DNA of 64,000 bases from Glaucostegus cemiculus (Eukaryota), in contig CDPCPM010000281.1 of the NCBI GenBank assembly GCA_976551045.1, forward strand, positions 1,674,001 to 1,738,000. The letters run 5' to 3'. The position numbers and the translations under genes were made by a program. Of the stretch, positions 49,101 to 57,459 are shown piece after piece. A model generated the notes under the pieces. It saw only the letters and a program-made list of their open reading frames with translations, was not told the origin of the DNA and ran no database searches. Each line of letters opens with the position of its first letter. Position 1 is the stretch's first letter.

Positions 49101-50789
49101 GATAGATTAATATTAACCCTGGGATTCTGAAATGCTCAACTATTTCCTGGCACTTTTATTCCTCATCTTAATGAATATATTAAAAAAATGCATGTTTTAT
49201 TTTATGCTGAAGCAACTTTAAACTGTCTTCAGTAGTATTAACATCCTTCAAATTAAGTACTAAATATGTGTGCTGACTATTTTGCCCAATTTCCTTGATG
49301 TGGAAGTTACTATTTGTAATATTTTTTTATTCCTCATGCCTTTACATATTTAGCATTAAGCCTGTGTTATTTTGTCTTGCACAAGAGGGAGGTAGGGGAT
49401 TAAAGGGTTACTATTTGGCGGTGCAGACTCGAAGGGCCGAATGGTCTACTTCTGCACCTATTGTCTATTGTCTATTTATGATTCTATTGTCCCAAAGATG
49501 TAGATTTTGCACAAGTTTTTTTCAACCAGCCCGAACCTTTATTCCATAATATACCAGATTTTACGTCTATGCAATTGGGAAATTATGCAGTAATAGTTGT
49601 TATGATTAACAATGCTCAACAACAATTTGCAAAATTACTGGTGGCTGATATATATGCCTCAAAGCGCCTTGTAGCTGGCTGTCACCAAGCTTTCTTACCT
49701 CTGGCAAGTGAGTAATATCTGTAGCATGAGGCTAGTTGGGGTTCACTGCACAGTGAATATGTTCCAGTCTGCAGAAAAAGAAAGCTGAAATCAGCTCTCT
49801 TAATATTTAAAGTAGAATTAGTGCTAACTTTCAGTTGTTAGTTTGGTAATCGTTAGCCCAACATTGCATTAAATTTCTGGTAGAGAGATTAACAGAAACT
49901 AATCCAGTATCTAGTTTTTATAAATAAAGAGACAAAATGAGAATAGAATTCCAATAAACTGGCATCATGTTCTGAAATCTTGATGGTCAGGCTCACTCAC
50001 TCAGTCCAGAATGTGAGTTGAGGATCCAGAGTGCTAGTGAGGTGTGCCGTCAGATCGGGGGTCCAGAATGCAGCCAGGTTGGGGTGGAACCAGACTCTGA
50101 GCCAGGTGTGTACTCAGAGCCAGATTTGCAGTCCAGAGGTAAGGAACCTGGAGCCAGGGTCTGGAGTGCTTGTATATTTCCTGCTCCGCTTAAATTCACT
50201 GGGTTCACTAGAAAATTTATTATACCACTTTGGATCATGTTAAAAATGTGAAGTAAATGTTTGTTTAGGTATTAATAGAAGTAACATCCAATAATTTGGA
50301 AAATCTGCTAGACTGGGACCACCAAAATCCCAGGGGTGCTAGATTATTAAAGTTTTACTGTATATGCATTTTTGTCATTTTATAACCTCTACAAAAACTA
50401 TTAAACATTTGATACTTAACTTGAATGCACATTTTAAAGCTGGGACTACATCAAAACTGCAGAGTTGTAGCAAAAATGAACCCAGGGAAGGAAGGTGGAG
50501 TCAGGTTGAAAACTTCGTGTTCCATCAAAACTCATATTTTGTACTAATGATACATTTATAAATATTGCATCAATAGTTTTTAATTCTCTTGTGTGACAAA
50601 GTTTTTTGTAATTAAACTCCCCACCTCCATCTGTTTCACAGTCCTCCTTTGTATCGTCGACACATGACTGTTATTGATTCTGATGATGAAATGGATGGTG
50701 TGGAAGACTACTTCAAATCCAAGACGGCCACAAGACGGCCACTAAGCAACAGTGATAATGACAGCAAAATTGTGGAATCAAATGCATAG
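999..50789 (+). CDS. MYO18A: Unconventional myosin-XVIIIa, 3' part of a multi-exon gene (5' exons lie upstream of the window)
   Basis: 22 exons with AG/GT boundaries and consistent phases splice into [18 protein letters not shown]...[30 protein letters not shown]...[13 protein letters not shown]...[39 protein letters not shown]...[14 protein letters not shown]. This closely matches vertebrate MYO18A as I recall it. Confidence 0.97.
1289..1432 (+). CDS. MYO18A: MYO18A exon (neck, WPWWKLF motif)
   Basis: tcag|ATT...GAT|gtaag, 144 nt: [48 protein letters not shown]. Confidence 0.96.
2060..2149 (+). CDS. MYO18A: MYO18A exon (coiled coil)
   Basis: ttag|GAG...AGG|gtaag, 90 nt: [30 protein letters not shown]. 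Confidence 0.95.
2690..5780 (-). mobile_element. Old decayed CR1/L2-group LINE with AP-endonuclease remnant, interrupted by a younger CR1
   Basis: ORF 5239..5493 carries APE motifs GDFNVHH..WLG, DLVLTN and GIGRS(N/D)(Y/H). The 3' end (TTTATTGCCC on +) is shared with copies near 15.8k, 31.9k, 33.0k and 59.0k. Confidence 0.75.
3094..3857 (+). mobile_element. Young 5'-truncated CR1 LINE with TSD
   Basis: About 98% identical to 121..899, with a 14-bp internal deletion. ATAAGGTG flanks both ends (3091-3098 and 3856-3863). Confidence 0.95.
6531..6650 (+). CDS. MYO18A: MYO18A exon (coiled coil)
   Basis: atag|CTT...CAG|gtaag, 120 nt: [40 protein letters not shown]. Confidence 0.95.
6840..7400 (-). 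mobile_element. Decayed L2-like LINE fragment
   Basis: Resembles L2 3' regions. Similar opposite-orientation pieces occur at ~13990-14660 and ~18590-18810. Confidence 0.45.
7405..7497. mobile_element. Penelope-like terminal-repeat fragment
   Basis: AAAATGC..GGCAGCATCTGTGG..AGAAACAGAGTTAATATTTCAGGTC..GACCCTTCATC, which recurs at 37.6k, 40.15k, 54.0k, 56.4k and 61.3k. Confidence 0.6.
7697..7808 (+). CDS. MYO18A: MYO18A exon
   Basis: ttag|GCT...TCT G|gttag, 112 nt, phase 0/1: [37 protein letters not shown]. Confidence 0.95.
8268..8395 (+). CDS. MYO18A: MYO18A exon
   Basis: atag|GT GGA...AAA|gtgag, 128 nt, phase 1/0: [43 protein letters not shown]. Confidence 0.96.
10248..10402 (+). CDS. MYO18A: MYO18A exon
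   Basis: tcag|ATT...CGA AA|gtgagt, 155 nt, phase 0/2: [52 protein letters not shown]. Confidence 0.96.
12412..12535 (+). CDS. MYO18A: MYO18A exon
   Basis: ccag|G TTT...GAT|gtatg, 124 nt, phase 2/0: [41 protein letters not shown]. Confidence 0.95.
12940..13450 (+). mobile_element. Decayed RTE-clade LINE 3' fragment
   Basis: Translates in part to [17 protein letters not shown], the RTE C-terminal motif. Related to 62620-62930. Confidence 0.55.
13990..14660 (+). mobile_element. Decayed L2-like LINE 3' fragment
   Basis: YTDDLQLYL (RT core-like) near 14060 and an L2-type 3' end (GAGACATTTTGCTACCTTAAGG...AAATACATGCTGTT). Confidence 0.5.
15142..15342 (+). CDS. MYO18A: MYO18A exon
   Basis: ctag|GAT...CAG|gtag, 201 nt: DKDSEII...[48 protein letters not shown]. 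Confidence 0.96.
15575..15872 (+). mobile_element. 3' end of the same LINE family as 2690-5780
   Basis: GCACCACCA...GGGCAATAAACACTGGTCTTGCCAGC followed by an A-run. Confidence 0.6.
16535..16645 (+). CDS. MYO18A: MYO18A exon
   Basis: tcag|GCC...AAG|gtcag, 111 nt: [37 protein letters not shown]. Confidence 0.96.
19095..19325 (+). mobile_element. Rex1/Babar-type LINE 3' UTR fragment
   Basis: Similar to the 60458-60722 insert. Ends ACTGTATCTCAGTACATGTGACA..AATAAA..ACCAATAACCA. Confidence 0.55.
20017..20121 (+). CDS. MYO18A: MYO18A exon
   Basis: tcag|TTA...AAG|gtaac, 105 nt: [35 protein letters not shown]. Confidence 0.95.
20647..20680. repeat. (AT)n/(ATCT) microsatellite
   Basis: AATATATATATATCTATATCTATATATATAGATA. 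Confidence 0.8.
20735..21280 (-). mobile_element. Decayed CR1 LINE 3' fragment
   Basis: ORF 20812..21057 contains [33 protein letters not shown]. Confidence 0.8.
21660..21806 (+). CDS. MYO18A: MYO18A exon
   Basis: ttag|GTC...CAG|gtaat, 147 nt: [49 protein letters not shown]. Confidence 0.96.
24674..24787 (+). CDS. MYO18A: MYO18A exon
   Basis: ttag|CTT...GCA|gtaag, 114 nt: [38 protein letters not shown]. Confidence 0.96.
25490..26160 (+). mobile_element. Decayed LINE internal (pre-RT/RT) fragment, same family as 2690-5780
   Basis: Degenerate KAxGPD.IP..VLK, WK.A.V.P.HKK and Y.PISL-like remnants. Confidence 0.55.
27190..29345 (+). mobile_element. Old CR1 LINE, interrupted near its tail by a younger antisense CR1
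   Basis: Degenerate RT and post-RT sequence at 27190-28340. Its tail (TATTTCCTATGTTATTATGTTCTT) resumes at ~29305-29345. Confidence 0.7.
28343..29295 (-). mobile_element. CR1 LINE 3' part (frameshifted)
   Basis: ORFs 28981..29190, 28713..29069 and 28422..28637 together rebuild the CR1 ORF2 C-terminus ([37 protein letters not shown]). Confidence 0.93.
30002..30118 (+). CDS. MYO18A: MYO18A exon
   Basis: acag|CTT...CAG|gtagg, 117 nt: [39 protein letters not shown]. Confidence 0.96.
31096..31179 (+). CDS. MYO18A: MYO18A exon
   Basis: acag|TCA...AAG|gtatg, 84 nt: [28 protein letters not shown]. Confidence 0.95.
31240..31970 (+). mobile_element. Decayed LINE 3' part, same family as 2690-5780
   Basis: F.PHKCQA...DQKLNWISH remnant and the CACCACCTCCTCAAGGGCAGTTAG..GGGCAGTAAA tail. 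Confidence 0.65.
32335..32550 (+). mobile_element. CR1 LINE extreme 3' end
   Basis: [32 protein letters not shown], then the GGGCCGAAGGGCCTGT..TGTTCTA tail. Confidence 0.9.
33476..33613 (+). CDS. MYO18A: MYO18A exon
   Basis: ccag|TTA...GAG|gtatg, 138 nt: [46 protein letters not shown]. Confidence 0.96.
33832..34805 (-). mobile_element. Rex1/Babar-clade LINE 3' part
   Basis: The minus strand encodes degenerate KFA(N/D)[37 protein letters not shown]. Tail reads GACAATAAACTCGACTTTGACTTTG. Confidence 0.8.
34880..36385 (+). mobile_element. Two adjacent decayed CR1 fragments
   Basis: ORF 35069..35257 is CR1-like. GVPQGSVL and LADDT RT motifs at ~35480-35580. Confidence 0.7.
37572..37760. mobile_element. 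Short Penelope-derived inverted-repeat element with hammerhead-like core
   Basis: Imperfect inverted arms around TTGATGA-AGGT-CATCT-ACCT-GAAAC. Confidence 0.65.
37978..38003 (+). repeat. Poly-G run (G-quadruplex potential)
   Basis: GTGGGT, a run of about 14 G, then TGGGGG. Confidence 0.8.
38444..38629 (+). CDS. MYO18A: MYO18A exon
   Basis: atag|AGC...CTA|gtaag, 186 nt: [62 protein letters not shown]. Confidence 0.96.
39000..39480 (+). mobile_element. MITE-like non-autonomous DNA element (Tc1/pogo-type ends) with an internal degenerate minisatellite
   Basis: Shares GCAGATTTTCCAAATTATTGG and AGTGGTATAATAAA..AGTGAA with the reverse complement of 50180-50361. Contains five copies of GGAACCAGGGCTTTGGTRAG. 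Confidence 0.55.
39699..39838 (+). CDS. MYO18A: MYO18A exon (end of coiled coil)
   Basis: atag|GAA...AAT AG|gtatg, 140 nt, phase 0/2: [47 protein letters not shown]. Confidence 0.96.
40146..40418. mobile_element. Penelope terminal-repeat half (40146-40217) abutting a Rex1-type 3' UTR copy (40218-40418, minus)
   Basis: 40218-40418 closely matches 33838-34048. Confidence 0.75.
40753..40797 (+). CDS. MYO18A: MYO18A 45-nt cassette (alternative) exon
   Basis: gcag|T TTG...AAA AC|gtgag, symmetric phase 2/2: [15 protein letters not shown]. Corresponds to the mammalian alternative peptide [15 protein letters not shown]. Confidence 0.93.
40839..40989 (+). promoter_or_regulatory. Intronic splicing-regulator motif cluster (RBFOX TGCATG, QKI ACTAAY) downstream of the cassette exon
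   Basis: TGCATG at 40883 and 40912, GCATG at 40848, CTAAC at 40839, ACTAAT at 40984. Confidence 0.6.
41360..42470 (+). mobile_element. Decayed CR1 LINE (RT to 3' end)
   Basis: [28 protein letters not shown] and KFADDTK motifs plus a CR1 tail. Confidence 0.88.
42945..43330 (+). mobile_element. Ancient LF-SINE-like element (tentative)
   Basis: Colinear weak similarity to the recalled LF-SINE consensus and to 48040-48400. Confidence 0.35.
43560..43770 (-). mobile_element. CR1 LINE extreme 3' end
   Basis: [38 protein letters not shown] and a (CTATGGTT)n tail. Confidence 0.92.
44227..45420. repeat. Long inverted repeat: 142-bp arms (44227-44368 and 45279-45420) with a 910-bp spacer
   Basis: Manual ungapped alignment of one arm to the reverse complement of the other gives 134/142 identity. 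Confidence 0.95.
46037..46144 (+). CDS. MYO18A: MYO18A penultimate exon
   Basis: acag|T GAA...TCA AG|gtcag, 108 nt, phase 2/2: [35 protein letters not shown]. Confidence 0.94.
46526..47912 (+). CDS. MYO18A: MYO18A alternative terminal exon, gamma (striated-muscle) isoform type, Ser/Lys-rich tail
   Basis: Long pyrimidine tract, then atcag| in phase 2. The open frame (part of ORF 46329..47912) contains [46 protein letters not shown] and ends [15 protein letters not shown], matching the Myo18A-gamma C-terminus as I recall it. Confidence 0.9.
48040..48400 (+). mobile_element. Ancient LF-SINE-like element (tentative) in the gamma-exon 3' UTR
   Basis: TTCAAATCCAGC, GAAAGTC, AAATGAGTTGG and CTAATGG occur in the order I recall for LF-SINE. 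Confidence 0.4.
48480..49170 (-). mobile_element. Penelope-like retroelement remnant (RT/GIY-YIG linker)
   Basis: ORF 48823..49050 ([21 protein letters not shown]...SFPSNHK) resembles the PLE motif IILRHFRHLQRDPTTxHIFPS...TFPCN. Confidence 0.75.
49390..49476 (+). mobile_element. Very short CR1/HE1-type 3' tail
   Basis: GCAGACTCGAAGGGCCGAATGGTCTACTTCTGCACCTATTGTCTATTGTCTAT. Confidence 0.7.
49945..50362 (-). mobile_element. MITE-like DNA element, same family as 39000-39480
   Basis: The minus strand begins TA-CAGTAAAACTTTAATAATCTAGCAC (pogo/Tigger-like terminus). Contains internal GAGCCAGG-type repeats. Confidence 0.55.
50642..50789 (+). CDS. MYO18A: MYO18A terminal exon, alpha/beta isoform type
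   Basis: tcacag|T CCT... phase 2: [48 protein letters not shown]. Aligns with the mammalian end SDDE...LSDSDTEAKLTETNA. Confidence 0.9.
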
Positions 50790-53300
50790 CAACAATCATG
50801 GTCCTTTAACAACAGGTTCATACTAACTTTAAAAAAAGTACAGCAAATGACATTTGAATTCTTGGGATTGTACTTCAGTGTTAAACTTTAAAAGTGGTTA
50901 AAAAATGAAACAGGATGAATGAAGTAGGAGTATAATTTTGGTAATAAGTTTGCATGATTTTGATAGACTGCATTTACTTGAAATTTACTTTGGTGAACTA
51001 AGATTGGTATTTCTTACAAGTATGGATACTGCTGCTTTCATTTGAATATTTTGGAAGCTTGAGATATATGGGTTTATTTTTGTCTCCCTATTGCTTTGGC
51101 TGAATTTTCTCACAATTGCCTGCTTTCAAATTCTAATTTAAACTTGTCATCTCTGGTTGGATTTAGGGTGCCACTTGAGGTTTACATGTAATTATTATTA
51201 CCTAAGCCAAAGATTAGTTTTTCTTATTTAGCTGTGGTAAACTGGAAACACAAACTAAAATAATAGCAAATCAAAACTATTGGCTTCAGACTTCTTTTCC
51301 TTTGAGGTGTGTGTGCATATGTTAATAGTTTTTGAAAAAGAACACATTTTGTGTGAGTAGTTTGTTGATACCTATACTCTTACACATTCTGTTTATCTTA
51401 TAATTTGAAACTCAAAACAGTGAGATGCAGTTGATACCATACATCTCACAATATACACTGACACAAATAAAATTAATAACTATTTGTATATCTAATCTTC
51501 ATTAATTAAGGTATATTTCCAGATGGTCGGAAAGTAATTAGGAAAGGCACTGGGAAGGTGCCTTTTAAAAGCAATTGTTGAGTTCCAACAACGTATATTT
51601 TTACCTCATTGTCCTGCATGTTTAACATGAGGAAAATAATGCACAATGTCAAAATGTAATAAATAACATCTTTTGAACCCAATTAAATCATTGTATAATT
51701 TGGATCAATTTTGATATGATGTCCACAAATGATGGCTTGGGGGAAATGGATGTTATAAATTCAAATAGGTGTGTTTCTTAAAACCCATACCCATCTCATC
51801 TTTTCAAAGGATGGTAAATCACTTCATTATGCTTGTTCTGTTTGATTTTTGGGTATGTTGTACATAAAATCACTCCTGGTAGTAGTATTATTGTTTATCA
51901 ATTCAATTTAGTGACCATTGAAATCAAGGTTGGAGCTTTGATACATTCTATGAAATAATACCATCTTTATATATTGACTCAGTTTTCATAAATTTGCATG
52001 GATTGTTTAAATGAGTGTCTAGATCACTAAGACACTTCTGTATAAAGCCAACTGCAAATACTATTCTGATTACTTTTCTTAAATGGTCAGTGACTCATTA
52101 TGCCGTAAGTATTGAATATGAAAATCTTATCTAACTGTGCACTTTTCAAGAATGCAGTCTATGTGCATCTTTAGTTAGTACAGATAATAGCAAACAGATT
52201 GCAGTGCTGCAAGGTTTATTAATACTTGTACTGAAATCTTATTAAACGGTACTCACTTAATCAAAATGTAGCACTGATGTACAAAGTCCTGTTATGTGAT
52301 TAATTTTCAAATTGAATTGTTATGATAAAAGGAGTTGTGTAGTTCTGGCTTCAAAGTTTTCTCTTATAGTTTAAAGCAAACAGATTTACTAGAGGAACAA
52401 ATGTGTAAGATGAGGATCAATTTAAATTGCTTTGAAAGATAGCAAACATCAGAAAACCATACTGTCCTCAATTGTGTATTTTTTTGACTATTTATGTTTC
52501 AAAATAAACTTTTTGGTTGCCTTTAGAAGTTCCAAGATTAGTGATTTTTTTTACTATAATGTACTATGTTTTTCAAAGAAAAAGGGAAATTACTTAATTT
52601 TTTTTTTGCAAAGATGCATTTATCTCATTTACATTATTCTTTTCATTTGGTCTCTCTTCGACTGCATAATTTATGGAACTTGTCACAGAAAGCAGGGGTC
52701 CTCATTTCTTATTTGCTAACCACACTTTATGCATTAAGTTGTACTGGAAGTGTTAACTTGAACTTAATTCATTGGTGAAAACTAGTGGTTTAGAGTGAAG
52801 AAGCTACTAATTGAATAGCGTGAAACTTGATTATTTTGAGAATGAACAACTCATTATGATTTTTTAAAAATTAAATATCTGCCATTTATAAAATGACACC
52901 AATGTCCAGATCCCAAAAATTAAGAATTCCTTAAATTTATTAAAAAATCTGGTAAAGGTTACATTAACAGATTACTTATTTCTCAAACAAAAATAAAAAC
53001 AAGGAGGTTACAGGTATCACTTTAGATTGTCTATTGATATTTTGTAAAACTACAAGATTGTAGCTATTAAGCAATTTGTTCCTCATCAGTACAGTAATAA
53101 TAGCAATTACATATTTGTGTTTACTTCTGCACTTGTGATAATTGGAAAATTTCAGATTTCCCTTGACTATCACTGTTTTCTTTCAAATAGTAGATTGATT
53201 TCTCCCAATTTGTAATTCAACAGAAAACAATAAGGAATACTAAAATGACATTAAACTACCTAAACCATGACTCTATATATTTCCATTCACTCAGTACAAT
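50790..53300 (+). other. MYO18A: Probable long MYO18A 3' UTR (end not determinable)
   Basis: AT-rich and largely TE-free after the stop. AATAAA candidates at 51466, 51658 and 52503, with another at 55227 further out. Confidence 0.5.
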
Positions 53301-53989
53301 TTTTTGTAGACTTATAAACTTACCTTAACCTTCAACTGTAGTCAGTTGGCCCAGGAATGAGACATTCACCCATCAAGTGAAAGGTAAAAAACTGAGGAAT
53401 AATTCATTAAAATACACCTTTTGTGAATTGCACAAACAACATTAGCTCAATATTGGGTTATTTGCATGGCTTCTTGAATGAGGATGCGTATGGTTTAAGT
53501 AGGAATACGCATCAAACTTATCAGTTGTGATTCCCATCAGTAAATGGCATTAAATGAGACAGTTTCGTGATTCTTGGTATGGGACTGCAAACTGAAATGT
53601 AAACTCCTGCTCCATAGATCATCCTTTGATATCTTGTTTCAAGAAAATGTGAATTGCTTTTGAAGTGCAAATTTTGTAGTGACTATTTTGTGCCTAAGCA
53701 GTACCCCTGAATAGCTGTGATCCTAATATGTATAGTTTTTTTTTGACAAGGGTACATTGCCATAATGAATACAAATATGCTACAGAGCTTTTAGTATCCA
53801 CTTGACCAGATAGCCTTCATCTCATTTCACAACTCAACTAATTGTCAGCACACATTCAGGTCTTTTCTTATGCCCAGTTCACCTAAAACCACGAGCGAAA
53901 CCCACCATTCTCATTTATATGCCTTTTTTGTTTTAATAAGGAACCAATTACTGGTTAAATATAATCTAAGTAAATTGTTCAACTGGAAA

Positions 53990-54510
53990 TAATACAGAAA
54001 CAAAGAATGCAGCAAACACTCAGCTGGTCAGGCAACATCTGGAAAGAGAAACAGAGTCAACGCTTCAGGATGAACAGCCTTTATCGGAACTAGGAAAGAG
54101 GAGTAGGGTTAGTTTTAAGTTGAGAAGAAGATGGAGAGGAATGGATAGAATAAAGTAACATCTGTCAGGTGGTTGAAGCCAGGATTTCTGCAAGGTTGTG
54201 TTTTTAATGAGGCAGTGAGAGGGTGACAAGGAAATGTGATGTGTTATGACCCTCTAACAATTCCAGTAGCAACTCTTCCTCACAGTAACCCTGGTCCCAA
54301 CCTATCACAAATATTCCTTGACCTATCGATCCCTTTCCCCCATCTTCTCTGCAACTTAAAACTATTTTTTCTCTTTTTATCCAGTTCTGATGAAAGATTT
54401 TTCATCTGAAACATTAATTTTGATTTTTTTTTTCCATAGGTGAGTTTTGACTGTGTTTCCAGAATGTTTGTTTTTGTTTCCAATTTCCAGTATCACAGTT
54501 TTTATTTAAT
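53990..54510. mobile_element. Penelope-derived foldback element (two inverted terminal-repeat arms) with hammerhead-like core
   Basis: Arms ~53990-54205 and ~54280-54500 are degenerate reverse complements. CTGATGA-A-AGAT-TTTTC-ATCT-GAAAC lies at 54387-54412. Confidence 0.7.
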
Positions 54511-55619
54511 TTTCATTTACTGGAGATCATTCAGAATTCTTTTCCGAATTGCAGACTCCATTTCCCAAGGTTTATACATCTTTGACAAGTAGAGAATTGC
54601 TTGCATGGTGGGTAGGAGAAGATGTTTCATCTTGATTTATCGTTAACAGTGATGATGAGATTCTATTTCTGGAGAATTGTATCCTATTTTTCATCCTGTG
54701 AGAGATGACACTTGTCAGGTAAGTGATAAAGGATGTTTCAGGACACACCTTGTAGTGCACTTTTTATATCTGTGTGTAATCAAACAAATATAGAAAGATA
54801 TCTAATCCAAATGACTATTTTTCTGTTTTTGGATGACTCCCCCACCACACATACAATGTTTACAAGCCTGGATTGTCAAAGAGATCAATATTCTGGATAA
54901 TAGCGCCACATAACCAAAATAGGTCTTCCATATAGTCACAAAGACATAGGAAAATGTAAGCGCAGCTGAGAAAAAAAAAAGTTTTCATAGTGGTGCCTTA
55001 CGATGCCAAGTTAAAATACCCTTTTGAATCCTATGTTTATCAGATTGAAAACGTAAACCATGAAGGTAAGGACTTTTTTATATAAATTAATAATGTTTGT
55101 AGGAATTAGATAAATTAGCTATTATGCAACTTAAATATTGAAAAACATGGAATTTATGATATCCAGTATTGCTGTCTGTCCTTGTACTATCTCATATGGA
55201 AATGATTCTCTTAATTGGCATGTCAGAATAAATTTTTATTCTATTTGTCTGTAACTTAAAATGAGCTCAAACTTCAATTTCCCTTGTGGTGAATCTTAAT
55301 GCCCCAGCAGCAGCCCTGTCAAAAATAATTCTTTGTACTGCTGTTTTGGTGATGGCATAATTTACCTAAGTCATATTCTATTAGTGAGGAAAGTCCCCGA
55401 ATGTCTGTATGTTATTCGTATTTCCTGTGAGATGGGTAGATTTAGTCTTTTACTAGAATTGATTACTTTGATTAAAAGAGATTTGTATATATTGTATTGA
55501 ATGTATAGTTCATTTTTAACTTAACCAAAAGGCTGTCATCCAGGGTTTGTATTGGATGGAATAATGCACAGGTTTTTATATGCTTTACTGAATGTGCTCA
55601 ACTTTAATGACATTAAAAT

Positions 55620-55985
55620 AAGGCATGGTAGCAAAGTGCTTACAATAGTAAATTGGTAATAATACTGGCCGGCTGGAGCTAGGAATTCAAATCCCACCAC
55701 AAGTGGCTGGAGAAATTAATTCTGTTAATCAAGTAAATTTGGAATTTATTTTCTAATGGCAAAAACTACCTTACCTGGTCTCACTTCTGACTCCAGATCT
55801 GTAAGTTGACTCTTAACTGCCCTCCAAAAAGGTTTTGCAGACCACTCTATTGCACCTACCTGCCATTATAAATGCACCGTGAGAAAAGGTAATAGTTTGA
55901 CAGTGCAGCTCACAATCTCATCCTCAAAGATGATTAAATATTGGCTTTGCTAGCAATGCCCACGTCCCAAGAGAATAAAAATAAA
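55620..55985 (+). mobile_element. Old tRNA-derived SINE with a LINE-derived tail
   Basis: B-box-like AATTCAAATCCCACC. The 3' end resembles the tail of the 2690-5780 family. Confidence 0.45.
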
Positions 55986-56819
55986 CATTATGATAAATGG
56001 GTGCTCTGGAGCAAAACAAATCACTCACACAAGTCCTTTTTTGGATCAAACAGAAATGTATTTATTCATTTGATCTTTCATCCAGAGGAGAGAAAGGGAC
56101 CTGATCACTTTATATGCATGATCTGCATCCACTCTCTGATTATAAAAATATCATGCTTTGTACATATTATTGCACTTAATCTCCAAAATTTATCACCAGA
56201 GTTTCAGTTATCACCTCTTAATCAATGTGAAACAAAAAGATGCGTGACCAATTACTTATGACACTTCCCCATGTGACCATCATGTACCTTGGAGACCCTA
56301 GATTCTGATCAATATCTGCGTGGTCTCAAAATAAAGCATCCTGTTGACTCATGTAATGCTTGATTACTAACTACATCATTTCAGAGACCATTTGTGCACA
56401 GGCTTAGAGACATAAGAGACTGCTGGAGGAACTCAACGAGGCGAGCAGCGTCTGAGGGAGGGAAAGTAATTGTTGACGGTTTTGGTTGAAACCCTGCATC
56501 AGTACACAGGCTTATTGTTCCTAGAAACATTTTAACTGGTGACCAACAGCCTTGCCTCTTCTGCCTGCATCTCTGCAGAGTCTAAATGTATCTGAAACAA
56601 ACCTCTATCCACTTTATTAATCCCACAGGGGTTATCTATCTAAAGACAGACTCATTATTTCTTCTCTACAGTCTTTTAGGCACCTTCCATCCAAGAAACA
56701 GGCCCATTATCCCAGAGCCTTTATGGTCTGACAGAACATAACATATATACTATTGACTCCAAATATATCAATCAAGGCTTATGCTAACCTAGGTCCCCAA
56801 ATGCTATGGAGTTGCTACA

Positions 56820-57432
56820 AAGACCATAGAGTCATACAGCACAGAAACAAGCCCTTTGGCCCAATTGGTCCATGCCAACCAAGATTCCCAGCTCAGTCAC
56901 ATTTGCCCATATTTAGCCAAATCCTTCAAAACCTTTCTTATCCATGTACCTGTCCAGGTGTCCTTTAAGTGTTGTTATTGTAACTGCCTCAAACATTTCC
57001 TCTGGCAGCTTATTCCATATAGATACCATTCTCTGTGTAAAAAAAAGTTGCCCCTTAAGTTCCTCCTAAATCTTTCCCCTCTCACCTTAAACCTATGCCC
57101 TCTACTACTTGATTCTCCAGCCCTAACAAAGAGACTATGTATACTCACCCTATGTCCCTCATAATTTTGTACGTCTCTATAAGATCATCCCTTATTCTTC
57201 ACTCCAGTGAAGGAAGTCCTAGCCTGCTCAACCTGTTTCGATCCCTCAGTCCCTCAAGTCCTGGCAACATCCTTGTAAATCTTTTCTGTACTTTTTCCAG
57301 CTTAATGACATCTTTCCTATAACAGGCTGACCAAAACTGAACCCAGTATTCCAAATTTAGTCTCACCAATGTCTTGTACAATTGCAACATCCTAACTTCT
57401 ATTCTCAATGGCCTGACTGATGAAGCCCAGCA
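56820..57432 (-). mobile_element. CR1 LINE 3' fragment
   Basis: ORF 57199..57408 [35 protein letters not shown], plus tail. Confidence 0.9.
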
Positions 57433-57459
57433 TTATGAGAGGGCACAAAAAATTGCACT

